Shown here: positions 1 to 8,886 of the stretch, one piece after another
Position numbering within the stretch: position 1 is the stretch's first letter
Layout: every line of letters starts with the position of its first letter
DNA from: Nanobdellota archaeon
Lineage (GTDB): Archaea > Nanobdellota > Nanobdellia > Woesearchaeales > GW2011-AR4
Reading direction: 5' to 3'
Length of the DNA stretch: 59,043 bases
NCBI GenBank assembly: GCA_038046685.1
Contig: JBBSVT010000007.1
Location: 1-59,043, forward strand
Program-made: the position numbers and the translations under genes
Notes under the pieces: generated by a model
What the model saw: only the letters and a program-made list of their open reading frames with translations
Databases searched by the model: none
What the model was told of the DNA's origin: nothing

Positions 1-2
1 AT

Positions 3-419
3 CTTGGATTTAGAGAAAGTGGAAATAACTGGGTAGTAATTCAAAATGGGACTGGCAGAGTCGGCATTGGGACTACTAACCCAAATGCAACACTGACAAT
101 AAAAACAGGCGGAACAACAATAGCGGATTCATGGGATGTAAGAAGCGACAGGGACATAAAGGATGGGATTGTTGAGCTTGATCTGTCAACGTTTGACTTC
201 AGCACTGCAAAGCTGTATAGATACAAGATTAAATACAATGAGCTCAATCCAGAAACCAATCAGACAGAGCAGAAACTGAGCAGGGAGAGAGTCGGGCTCA
301 TGCAGGACGAAGTTCCTGCCGAATGCAGAATCGAAGAAGGAGTTGATACATATTGCTTGTTGGCATTGGCTTATGTGAAGATTGCTGAGTTGGAAGCTAA
401 AGTTAAGGGTTTGAAATGA
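3..419 (+). CDS. 3' end of an ORF truncated by the window edge: tail-fibre/endosialidase-type C-terminal intramolecular chaperone (Peptidase_S74-like) domain
   Basis: Frame 3 is open from base 3 to TGA at 417-419. It is absent from the ORF track because no start lies in the window. The translation ...VGIGTTNPNATLTIK...SDRDIKDGIVELD...AKLYRYKIKYNE...RVGLMQDEVPAE...LLALAYVKIAELEAKVKGLK fits the SDRxxK / Y.Y / G.iAqEv / coiled-coil tail pattern of self-cleaving tail-spike chaperone domains. Confidence 0.55.
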   Translation, partial: LGFRESGNNWVVIQNGTGRVGIGTTNPNATLTIKTGGTTIADSWDVRSDRDIKDGIVELDLSTFDFSTAKLYRYKIKYNELNPETNQTEQKLSRERVGLMQDEVPAECRIEEGVDTYCLLALAYVKIAELEAKVKGLK

Positions 420-491
420 TAATTTAATATTTAAAGCTCTTCAACTGCACTTAATATAAGGTTTGGTCGGCACATTAGGAAAAATTATTGA

Positions 492-769
492 GAATTAATA
501 CACTATTCAGAAGAAGGAATTCTAAGCAAGCAGATTGTTAAAAATAAATTTGACATTACATTGTTCTGTATGGCGCAAGGAACTCAGATGTCTGAGCATA
601 CATCAACAAAAGAGGGTTTTGTTTATGTTGTTGAGGGAAAAGGCTTTTTACTCTTGAAGGCAAAAAAATACCTATTCTGCCGGGAGTTTTTATATACATG
701 AGCAAGAACGCACGGCACGCTCTGTACGCCGAAGAAAATATCTCTTTTTTGCTTTTGTTGTTGAAGTAG
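492..769 (+). pseudogene. cupin-fold protein gene disrupted by a frameshift at an A7 run, with no usable start
   Basis: Frame A (ATG 570 to TGA 699-701) reads MAQGTQMSEHTSTKEGFVYVVEGKGFLLLKAKKY. The -1 frame from 671 to TAG 767-769 continues PILPGVFIYMSKNARHALYAEENISFLLLLLK. Joined, they give the classic cupin G-x5-H...EG.G...PG....P....H pattern. The junction is the homopolymer a662-a668. The upstream in-frame part (492-569, ELIHYSEEGILSKQIVKNKFDITLFC) has no start codon. Confidence 0.5.
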
Positions 770-845
770 CATTATTAAGCGAATTGCTAATGTTTTAATA
801 TTAAGGTAATCATACATTAATTTTCTTAATGTAATCAATAGGCGA

Positions 846-875
846 GGCGAAATTTAATGGTAGGCAAATTTCGCC
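846..875 (+). terminator. perfect 10-bp stem / 10-nt loop hairpin (ggcgaaattt-N10-aaatttcgcc), followed by a second small hairpin at 890-902
   Basis: The inverted repeat was read directly from the sequence. It lies in a noncoding gap downstream of the cupin remnant. Its function as a terminator is only inferred. Confidence 0.25.
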
Positions 876-1018
876 GAGTAGTCAATAATGTCGCGAAGCG
901 ACGGATTGAAATTTAACTTCATGATGCTAAATAATAACTGATTAACGCAGACAAAAGATATAAAATAAAGACTTACAGCTGCAACCTGACTTACTCAGCT
1001 TGTCAAATTTCCAATTCC

Positions 1019-3253
1019 TCAATACCACCTGTAATCATAGTATTTCTGCTTTTCATAAGGCAGCTCAATTTCATTGATTTCCTTATCTATGTTGTTTAAG
1101 TCATTGGCTTTGACTTTTATTGCAGACACTGTGTAAAGCATATCATCCATGTACAATGCCCTTCTCACAGCATTTGGCGAGCCATAGTAATAGTAGTTTT
1201 CTTCCTCGTAGTCTTCATTGTGGGTTATTTTTCCTTTTACTTTAAAGCCATCTTGTGGCGTGACTCCAAACACATATGCTCCCTGCCAGTACCTGTTCCT
1301 GTAATAGCCAAGCCTTTCATCATACATCCTCTTGCCCTTAACTTCAGTTACTGGAATCACTAAAACATTCTTTTCTTTGTCAAACAAAAATGCCTTATGG
1401 TCTCTTAAGGCTTCTGAGTCCGTGCCTGCTTCCCCTATCTCGTACTTATCTAGCTCTTTTGGTTTGCTGACATCAGAAACATCAAATAAGGCAAGCTTCA
1501 CTCCTTTTGTTGATACACCGCCCCATTCATTTGAGTCAGTCTCCTTTCCTACGCCAATTATATGGTTTTCATCATAAGGATGCAGATAATCCGAAAAGCC
1601 GGGTATCTTCAATTCTCCAAGTATCTCCGGCTTCTCTGGATTTGACAAATCTATTACAAACAATGGGTCTATTCTCTTGAATGTCACCATATAAAGCCTG
1701 TTGCCTATAAATCTCGTTGAGTAAATCCTTTCATCAGGAGCAATATCCTCAAGCTTTCCAATCACATTCAGCTTTTTGTCAAGCACAAAGACATTATTGT
1801 ACATCTCGGAGCGTTTCCTTCCATAGATTTCTGTTGTTGTTGCAACTCTGAAATATTCACCATTTTCATCCATCGAAAACTGGTTCAATAGGTAGCCTGG
1901 CACCTCGCCTTTTGATTGATACTCAATTTCGCCTTTGTCAATCTTTATCTTATGTATAATTGTTTTTCTCCTTTCAGTTTCAAGCCTTGCTTCGTATTCC
2001 TCAATTCCATTCTCTATCTTATCGAATAATTTTTCCTTCTCGCCTTTGTCCATTTTATTGTACGTCTCTTCGAGTATCGAGGAAATCTTGTCCCATTTTT
2101 CGTATGAATTCAGTCCATTATCATTTTTGATTTCCTTAATCTTATCTTGGGCTTCGGACGGCAGAAGAGGAACAACAACTTCAAAAAATCTTTCTTCATT
2201 ATGAACCCCGTAATACCGGTATGGCAAATTCTTTTGATAAGTTATGTAAATGTTGTTCTGGGATACATACAGGTTGTTTGACTGCCCCATCATGAATGTT
2301 TTGGCATTTACCTTGTCGTTGTCTTCAAAAATATTAAAAGATGCGACAGTATTAAAGCTGTAGGAATCCTCAGGATTGTCAAAGTAGAAAATATCCGGTC
2401 TTACGATTGTCATTGAGGCGCTTTTTATTATTGGCAAATCAACAAAGTTGTTATAGTAATAAACCCATTCTCTTGCGATAAAGTACACATAATCTCCAAT
2501 CATTCTTGACTGAAAATAATTTCCTTTAATGCTGTAGTCTTTTACGAGCTTTGGATTTTTTCTGTCAGAAATGTCATAGATATAAACATGGGTTGATGCA
2601 GTTTGCCTTGGCCTTGGCATGAAATCATATTCTGAAAGGGTGTATACTTCCTCATTATCATCAGCAAATACTGCCAGCCTGTCTTTGTTAACATACATAT
2701 CCCTGGGCCTGCCATCGATTTTTGTCTTTGATAATATCTCTGCTTTCTCAGCAGGGTAGGCATTAATTATAGCCAATTTGTCTTGAGAGATTACATAAAT
2801 ATATTTATCATCATTCTTAACAAAATCAGCCTCGTCAACACCTTCGACTTGGATGTTTGTTTTTGAGTATTGGGATGCGCCCCCTCCAGACGAGTCTGCG
2901 CTTTTTGCAACAGTTGCTTGAGGAGCAGCGCTTTCAACAGCCATCCTGAGGTCAGAAGCCATGGCTCTTCCACCCACCCCTGCAGCATCTATTCCCCCAT
3001 AGCCTTGATTTGCAGCAGAATTTTTCAGGAATTCCTGGATTTCTTTAATAGAAGAAAATTTCTTGAGCTCTTGCGTCGCTTCCAGCTCAATTAATTTTTT
3101 ACCAGCATCAGTTGAAGTAGCAGATCCTTTGTCCTCACGCTCGGTTCCGCCATTAGGAACTTGAGGTGTGCATGAGACTAACATGGCTACAAAAAATAAA
3201 GCAATTGCAGCATTCAATGAATAATTCAAATTCTTATAGTTCATTTCTATCAC
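1019..3253 (-). CDS. secreted beta-propeller domain protein (COG4880 / Beta_propel-like)
   Basis: The 744-aa ORF has an N-terminal hydrophobic segment ending LVSC (lipobox-like). The motif YSKTNIQVEGVDEADFVKNDDKYIYV... and the later FRVATTT...YSTRFIGNRLYMVTFKRIDPLFVIDLSNP...GFSDYLHP region are typical of this family. Confidence 0.65.
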   Translation of the reverse strand: MIEMNYKNLNYSLNAAIALFFVAMLVSCTPQVPNGGTEREDKGSATSTDAGKKLIELEATQELKKFSSIKEIQEFLKNSAANQGYGGIDAAGVGGRAMASDLRMAVESAAPQATVAKSADSSGGGASQYSKTNIQVEGVDEADFVKNDDKYIYVISQDKLAIINAYPAEKAEILSKTKIDGRPRDMYVNKDRLAVFADDNEEVYTLSEYDFMPRPRQTASTHVYIYDISDRKNPKLVKDYSIKGNYFQSRMIGDYVYFIAREWVYYYNNFVDLPIIKSASMTIVRPDIFYFDNPEDSYSFNTVASFNIFEDNDKVNAKTFMMGQSNNLYVSQNNIYITYQKNLPYRYYGVHNEERFFEVVVPLLPSEAQDKIKEIKNDNGLNSYEKWDKISSILEETYNKMDKGEKEKLFDKIENGIEEYEARLETERRKTIIHKIKIDKGEIEYQSKGEVPGYLLNQFSMDENGEYFRVATTTEIYGRKRSEMYNNVFVLDKKLNVIGKLEDIAPDERIYSTRFIGNRLYMVTFKRIDPLFVIDLSNPEKPEILGELKIPGFSDYLHPYDENHIIGVGKETDSNEWGGVSTKGVKLALFDVSDVSKPKELDKYEIGEAGTDSEALRDHKAFLFDKEKNVLVIPVTEVKGKRMYDERLGYYRNRYWQGAYVFGVTPQDGFKVKGKITHNEDYEEENYYYYGSPNAVRRALYMDDMLYTVSAIKVKANDLNNIDKEINEIELPYEKQKYYDYRWY

Positions 3254-3363
3254 CTTTTGATTTTTCCGCTAAAAACATTTTTTATTTTTTGACATGTTGA
3301 AATTCAGTTGATAGGCACCCATATATAAATACTTGCCTATAGTTTCTAATTGGTTTAAAGTTA

Positions 3364-4110
3364 TTATTCCACATTCTTTCTCATTACATTATAAACAAGA
3401 TAAACCATCAATGCAAAAATAGCGCCAACAAAAAACCATAATGCAATATTTTGCCAAATTGGACTTGGAATTGTAACTGTGCTTGTGGAAACTTGCGGAG
3501 TTAATACATATTCCGATGTCATGTTAGTGATATTCTGAACAGCCACTGGCGCAGATACAGCAGCTTTCTCCTGCATTTTTTGCGTGGCTATAGAAGCAAC
3601 TGCAGTTGCTGCATCTTTCGCAAAAACAGTCGATTCAGCTGCTTGTCGCGAAATCATAGTTTCTCTCACTAAAGTTTGTTTTGTTTCCGTAAATATTTTA
3701 GTAGTGCTGCCATAAGCAAAAAACTTCTGGAAATACTGAAGTATGAGGGCAGATGCGCTAACAATAAATACAACTGGCAAAATATTCTTTAATTTCTCCA
3801 TAATCCCGAATGTCTTTTTCGGCGCAATTATTATGTACTTGTTAGCCAGCTTGTAATGGCTTACTTCCTTGCCTTTTTCGCTGTAATGAAACTCCTCTGC
3901 GCTTATTAATCCCGTTTCCATCAGCTGCTGCAAATTATAGTGGACTGTTGAAATTGGAATGCTTAATTTTTCTGCAATTTCTGATTCGGTTGCGTCTTTG
4001 CCTGACAAATAGTCCAAAATTTTTCTGCAGGATTCATTGCTGATGACATTGGAAACTTTCTTTATTTTAGAGTCTTCCAATGACAGCAAAAGGAAGTTCT
4101 TGCTTGGCAT
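3364..4110 (-). CDS. membrane-anchored winged-helix (ArsR-like) transcriptional regulator
   Basis: The 248-aa ORF has an N-terminal wHTH (ILDYLSGKDATESEIAEKLSIPISTVHYNLQQLMETGLI). It also has a mid TM segment and a C-terminal TM segment (NIALWFFVGAIFALMVYLVY). Confidence 0.6.
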   Translation of the reverse strand: MPSKNFLLLSLEDSKIKKVSNVISNESCRKILDYLSGKDATESEIAEKLSIPISTVHYNLQQLMETGLISAEEFHYSEKGKEVSHYKLANKYIIIAPKKTFGIMEKLKNILPVVFIVSASALILQYFQKFFAYGSTTKIFTETKQTLVRETMISRQAAESTVFAKDAATAVASIATQKMQEKAAVSAPVAVQNITNMTSEYVLTPQVSTSTVTIPSPIWQNIALWFFVGAIFALMVYLVYNVMRKNVE

Positions 4111-4240
4111 GAAATATTATAATATTCTCATTTTTAAATAAGTTTCGATAGGTTTGAAACAGATTGAAGTTATGGATTAATCAACAATATTTAAATAGTG
4201 AAAAAATTTTCACTCCTTATTTGAAATTATTGTCTTGAAA

Positions 4241-5590
4241 ATGATCCTCGAGAAGCTCAGCGATTCATTAAAAAACACCCTGCAAAAGATTGCAAAATCA
4301 ATTTTTGTAGATGAGAAGCTGATTAACGAGTTGGTAAAAGACATTCAAAGGGCTTTGCTGCATTCAGACGTTAATGTAAAGTTGGTTTTTGATTTGACGG
4401 AAAAAATAAAAAACAGGGCTTTGGATGAAGAACCGCCACGAGGGCTAACAAAAAAAGAACAGCTATTAAGTATAGTGCATGAGGAATTGGTAGCTTTCTT
4501 GGGTAAAGAACAGCGCAAAATAGAGATTGGGCAAAAGCCATTTAAAATAATGCTTGTTGGCTTGTTTGGCTCTGGAAAAACCACAACAGCAGGCAAATTA
4601 GCCAGATTCTATTCGAAAAGAGGCTACAAAGTCGCATTAGTTGGAATAGACATTCACAGGCCTGCTGCGATGGAGCAAATCGAGCAGATAGGAAAGCAAG
4701 CCAATGTGAAGGTATTTTTAGACAAAAAAATTAAGGATCCAATTGAAATTTGGAACAAATCCAAGAGCGAATTCGATGATTTTGATGTCTTAATTATAGA
4801 TACTGCCGGCAGGGATGCGCTTTCTAAAGATTTAATTAGCGAAATTGAAGAGGTTAATGACGAAATAAAGCCAGATGAGAGATTGTTGGTTATTTCCGCC
4901 GATATCGGGCAAGCTGCTCAAAAACAGGCAGAGCAATTTCATAAAAGCTGCGGAATAAGCGGCATCATTGTTTCCAAGATGGACGGAACTGCCAAGGGCG
5001 GAGGCGCGTTAACTGCATGCACAGTCTCAGGAGCTCCGATCATTTTTATCGGAGTTGGAGAGAAAATAGACGAGCTTGAGCAGTTTAATCCGGAAGGATT
5101 TGTTGGAAGGCTTCTTGGCATGGGTGACTTGGAAGCGCTCTTGGAAAAGGCAAAAGAAGTCATAAAAATAGAAGATGCAGAAGACCTTGGCAAGAGATTC
5201 TTGAAAGGCGAGTTTAGTTTGATTGACTTATACGAGCAAATGGAAGCAATGAGCAAAATGGGACCTTTGAGCCAAATTGTTGATATGATTCCGGGTTTTT
5301 CCAAACTTAAACTGCCAAAGGACATGCTGAAGGTCCAGGAAAATAAATTGAAGGATTGGAAGATTGCAATGCAGTCGATGACGAAAGCGGAGCTTGAAGA
5401 GCCTGAAATAATAGATGCTTCAAGGATTGAAAGAATCTCAAAAGGCTCAGGAATTCCAACACCCGAAATCAGAGAATTAATTAAGCAATATAGGCAGAGC
5501 AGAAAACTGGTCAAAATGTTTAAAGGAAACAAAGGAGATATCAGCAAAATGATGAAAAAGTTTGGGGGGAGGCTGCCGATTGGGATGTGA
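4241..5590 (+). CDS. srp54: signal recognition particle 54 kDa protein (SRP54/Ffh GTPase)
   Basis: GTPase motifs GLFGSGKTTTAGKLA, DTAGR and SKMDGTAKGG are present, with a Met-rich M domain at the C-terminus. The first ATG is at 4241; the track starts at a TTG at 4235. Confidence 0.95.
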   Translation: MILEKLSDSLKNTLQKIAKSIFVDEKLINELVKDIQRALLHSDVNVKLVFDLTEKIKNRALDEEPPRGLTKKEQLLSIVHEELVAFLGKEQRKIEIGQKPFKIMLVGLFGSGKTTTAGKLARFYSKRGYKVALVGIDIHRPAAMEQIEQIGKQANVKVFLDKKIKDPIEIWNKSKSEFDDFDVLIIDTAGRDALSKDLISEIEEVNDEIKPDERLLVISADIGQAAQKQAEQFHKSCGISGIIVSKMDGTAKGGGALTACTVSGAPIIFIGVGEKIDELEQFNPEGFVGRLLGMGDLEALLEKAKEVIKIEDAEDLGKRFLKGEFSLIDLYEQMEAMSKMGPLSQIVDMIPGFSKLKLPKDMLKVQENKLKDWKIAMQSMTKAELEEPEIIDASRIERISKGSGIPTPEIRELIKQYRQSRKLVKMFKGNKGDISKMMKKFGGRLPIGM

Positions 5591-5627
5591 AACAAAAATA
5601 AAAACTTCGCTTTAACATATTTAACAC

Positions 5628-5660
5628 CTATTAAACAGCAATTAAAACTGCGTTTAATAG
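5628..5660 (+). terminator. 9-bp stem hairpin (ctattaaac-N15-gtttaatag) 3' of srp54
   Basis: The inverted repeat was read directly. It lies 38 nt after the srp54 stop and is followed by T-rich sequence. Confidence 0.3.
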
Positions 5661-5691
5661 TTGTTCTATTCAATAATTTCAGGGGCTAACT

Positions 5692-5748
5692 AAGGGGGCA
5701 ATTTTCTAAAAACTAAACTAAAAACGAAACGACGAGGGGGAATTCCGT
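5692..5748. repeat. left boundary repeat block of the RM-like island
   Basis: aagggggcaattttc (5692-5706) and gggggaattccgt (5736-5748) recur in reverse complement at 10896-10909 and 10863-10876. acgaaacgacg (5724-5734) recurs as a direct repeat at 10881-10891. A 7-bp stem hairpin at 5758-5775 follows. Confidence 0.6.
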
Positions 5749-5795
5749 AACGATAGCCTTTTTCTGCGGAAAAAGAAATTTATATTAGGGGTATC

Positions 5796-6656
5796 TTAAA
5801 AAAACTCACTTAAACTTTTATTTGCTCTTGGAACATCCAAATTAAATGGGGGGATTTTTACATCAGTTATTTTATCAAAATTACCTTCTTTCCCCGGAAA
5901 ACATGAAAAATTAAAATTTCTGTATGCTGAATCAGAATCATTAAAAGTTGAACATTTTTTTATTATATGAGACAGTATTGTAGAGATATGGTACTTACCA
6001 TCTTTCTCAGACATACCATGAATTGCGTTATAAGAAGAACCTAATAATAAATCGGTTAATTGTAAAAGAGTACATTCGTCCTCACTAATTGCAGCATTTT
6101 GTAATTCTGCTGAACTTTCAACAATTATTAAACTTTCAAAATTAACTTTAAACTGATTCATATATTTTAACAAATATTCTTTTTTATTATGTGGGTCGTT
6201 TTCTGTCTCTTTTGGTTCTGTTCTTCTGTGCAACGTTATCTTTGCCACTACATCCTTATTCTTTATTTTTTTATGGAGAGTAGATTTTAATGACATCAAC
6301 AAAAAACGATTATATTTGTGATGTTCTTCAGTGAATTTATCGTTTTGGAAATAGGGCGAGGAACAATCTATCTTATGAAACTCAAAAAAGAAGTCCCCAT
6401 TGTTCATTTTTATTAAGTTTTTAATCCAATTCATCGATGTTTGGATTTTGCCAGAAGTAATATGTCCAGATAATTTTTTATATGTTAAATCAGAGTTACA
6501 ATTATTTTTATTTTTTATCTCTTTTAATTGCTTACATAAAGTATCTATTTTATGTTCATAGATAAGAAAAACTCCAAAACATAAATGATTATTGGATGTA
6601 GTTTCATCTACAAATACAGATAATTTTTTCTTATGTGAGTCATCGTATAACTTCAT
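5796..6656 (-). CDS. DUF3800-like protein, last gene of the RM-like operon
   Basis: The 286-aa ORF lies 37 nt downstream of the preceding gene on the same strand. N-terminal VFVDETTS and C-terminal LLQLTDLLLGSSYNAI resemble the two DUF3800 signature blocks (DESG ... LQlaDlia). Confidence 0.45.
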   Translation of the reverse strand: MKLYDDSHKKKLSVFVDETTSNNHLCFGVFLIYEHKIDTLCKQLKEIKNKNNCNSDLTYKKLSGHITSGKIQTSMNWIKNLIKMNNGDFFFEFHKIDCSSPYFQNDKFTEEHHKYNRFLLMSLKSTLHKKIKNKDVVAKITLHRRTEPKETENDPHNKKEYLLKYMNQFKVNFESLIIVESSAELQNAAISEDECTLLQLTDLLLGSSYNAIHGMSEKDGKYHISTILSHIIKKCSTFNDSDSAYRNFNFSCFPGKEGNFDKITDVKIPPFNLDVPRANKSLSEFF

Positions 6657-6693
6657 AAATGTGGAAAGAAATAGGTATATTATAAAATTAATG

Positions 6694-7176
6694 TTAAATT
6701 TTCGGCGTCAAGCTGGAATAATCTATACAACTTCTTACCTTATCCCATTTTGCTATTTGCATAAATTTATTTGTTTTTGTTCCAAATTTTAATACATCCT
6801 CTCGTCTGAGAACATTAAACAAATGTGATAATCTGCCTAATCCTTTAGACGAAACTAATAAAGATTCTATCGGATCTATTAATTGAGTGTATCCCCAAAG
6901 CTGTCCTAAATCTTTAAGAGTTAATTCAGTATCTTTTACTTCAACAAAAACAAGTTTAAACTCATCGCCTCTTTTCAAAATTCCTACAACATCAACTTTT
7001 ATTTGCAGTCCTATCGCTTCTTTGCATTGAATTCCCTTACTTTTCAAGACTACATCTAAATTTCTTCTTGAAGTTTCAAAAGTAGTTTCGACAGTATGAC
7101 CTTTGTATTTATCTGTTAAATAATTCTGCAACCATTCTTTTATTTCAGGATATAGTTTTTCTTCTTCTTTACTCAT
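6694..7176 (-). CDS. small PD-(D/E)xK-fold protein, candidate nuclease subunit
   Basis: The 160-aa ORF overlaps the upstream gene by 8 nt. IKVDVVGIL...KLVFVEVKD gives a D-x(n)-E-x-K arrangement on predicted beta strands. Confidence 0.45.
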   Translation of the reverse strand: MSKEEEKLYPEIKEWLQNYLTDKYKGHTVETTFETSRRNLDVVLKSKGIQCKEAIGLQIKVDVVGILKRGDEFKLVFVEVKDTELTLKDLGQLWGYTQLIDPIESLLVSSKGLGRLSHLFNVLRREDVLKFGTKTNKFMQIAKWDKVRSCIDYSSLTPKI

Positions 7177-8113
7177 CGTAACCTAACTCCTTTGACATAT
7201 CTTTCCAATTATCAAAATGTTTTCTCATTTTCGATGGCAGTTTCGTGCTTTTTTCTTCTGGATGGTTGGGCTTTTTCCTGTTTATCTCTTTCGTTTCCCA
7301 ATAAAATTTATGATGTACTTCCGAAATTGGCTTATCTCTATATTTTTTAGAATCCTTTGATGCTTCTTTCCAGTTTTTTCTGTTTAAGTCAGCAAATTTT
7401 TTAAGAATTTTATTTTTATGGTCAATATTAAAACCAACTTTCTCAAATTCTTCAGCCCAAACTTTAATTTGATGTTCCTTATTCCAGAACTCTTTTGAAC
7501 CTTCATTATATTTTTTCAAATTTGGATCAACTATATTTGGATGAGCAAATCTGATTGTTTGAACTGGAACTTCCAACTCTTTTAACAGGTTTGCAATATC
7601 TACGCATAAGTCCCAGTTTACCATTATCTCAACATAAACTCTATTTTCATAATCTTTCCATGCAACATTACTTTTTCTTATATGTGCTGTAACATCGGCA
7701 ACTCCTCTTAAAAATTCCAACTTTACATCTTTTGTTGATGAAAAAATTTCTGCTGGTATCCTAAAATCTCTCCAACTAACATTATTTTTTAAATATGTAT
7801 TAATTGTTCTTATGAGATAATCACCATTAGGTTTTGAAAAAGAAATATGAGCTAAATTTTGTCTTGATGTGTCCCATTCCATATCTGTTCCAACAAGAGA
7901 TTTTAATCTGCCTACAATATCCAATAAACTTGACTTTACTGATTGTTGTGTATTTTCTCCTTCAATTACTAAGTTTTTATGAGGTATGTCAATAATAATC
8001 TCAGTATTTCTGTTTCCTCTAATTACTTGCCCTTTTCCAACAATCATCCCCAATAAGTAAGCTATATCTGGATTTAACATTTTATCACTTCCTAAAGATG
8101 AGTATGAACTCAT
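7169..8113 (-). CDS. LAGLIDADG-like two-motif protein lacking the catalytic acidic residues
   Basis: In the 314-aa ORF, AYLLGMIVGKGQV and, about 110 aa later, EFLRGVADVTAHI...YVEIMVNWDLCVDIANLLKELEVPVQTI mirror the double LAGLIDADG architecture. The catalytic Asp positions are K and T. The true start may be the internal Met at 8080 (MLNPD), which would remove the overlap with the MTase gene. Confidence 0.4.
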   Translation of the reverse strand: MSSYSSLGSDKMLNPDIAYLLGMIVGKGQVIRGNRNTEIIIDIPHKNLVIEGENTQQSVKSSLLDIVGRLKSLVGTDMEWDTSRQNLAHISFSKPNGDYLIRTINTYLKNNVSWRDFRIPAEIFSSTKDVKLEFLRGVADVTAHIRKSNVAWKDYENRVYVEIMVNWDLCVDIANLLKELEVPVQTIRFAHPNIVDPNLKKYNEGSKEFWNKEHQIKVWAEEFEKVGFNIDHKNKILKKFADLNRKNWKEASKDSKKYRDKPISEVHHKFYWETKEINRKKPNHPEEKSTKLPSKMRKHFDNWKDMSKELGYDE

Positions 8114-8885
8114 GAACTTTATTTACTCTGAAAACGAACGGATAACCAAGAGGTCTCATGTTGTTGTATTCTTTTTGCCTGTCCCAAATGATAATATCAT
8201 CTAATTCAAAACCAATTTCTTGCATTTTGTTTACTACATCCATGTGGAATGGATAAAACTTTGCTTTTTTTCTTATATCCATCACAACAACAATACAATA
8301 TTTTCCTTTCTTTAAAACTTTGTAGACTCCTTCAAATCCTGTTTTGAGCTTATTTAAAAATTCTTGATAATCTGCGATATTTCCTAAATCTTCCTTTGAA
8401 TCGCTATAATTTCTTATCTCTTTTCCATCAGCAGACCTTTTAGCGTTTAGAATATCCCAATATGGCGGAGATGTAATGACTAAATCAACAGAATTTTCTT
8501 TAAGTGTTTTAGGAATATCAAATATAGTTTTATTATAAATTTCAGGCTTTATCAAGTCCTCTGGCTTTTGTTCTAAATTTAACTGAGTTTCTTTTATTCT
8601 ACTTTCGGATAATTTAATGTATTCTTTAGAAAGCTCGAACCCTATTCCCTTTCTACCTAATTTATAGGCAGATACAACTGTGCTTCCGCTTCCTAAAAAT
8701 GGATCTAAAACAACCTCTCCTTTATTTTTGGTATGAATCTGAATTAATCTTGATATTAATTGTGTTGGAAACATTGCAGGATGTTTTAGCTTTCGTTCTC
8801 CGTTGGTTTTCTCAATATCTTTCCAAATACTAAAAGAGTATTGTAACCAAGTTTTCCCATCCAAATTATTCATTTTTTCGCCCAT
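8085..8885 (-). CDS. DNA methyltransferase, N4-cytosine or N6-adenine (N6_N4_Mtase family, SPPY type)
   Basis: The 266-aa ORF has HPAMFPTQLISRLI...VVLDPFLGSGSTVVSA (AdoMet motif I region) at the N-terminus. It has DLVITSPPYWD (motif IV) about 80 aa later. Confidence 0.85.
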   Translation of the reverse strand: MGEKMNNLDGKTWLQYSFSIWKDIEKTNGERKLKHPAMFPTQLISRLIQIHTKNKGEVVLDPFLGSGSTVVSAYKLGRKGIGFELSKEYIKLSESRIKETQLNLEQKPEDLIKPEIYNKTIFDIPKTLKENSVDLVITSPPYWDILNAKRSADGKEIRNYSDSKEDLGNIADYQEFLNKLKTGFEGVYKVLKKGKYCIVVVMDIRKKAKFYPFHMDVVNKMQEIGFELDDIIIWDRQKEYNNMRPLGYPFVFRVNKVHEFILIFRK

Positions 8886-8886
8886 T

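Noticed and set aside
4939-5673. 244-aa minus-strand ORF antisense to srp54, and similar long antisense ORFs (for example 17133-17573, 43335-43661, 44283-44642, 52514-52900, 49849-50175)
   Set aside because: Each lies entirely inside a strongly supported gene on the other strand. Their compositions are Ser/Leu/Phe/Ile-rich low complexity, typical of antisense frames in AT-rich DNA.
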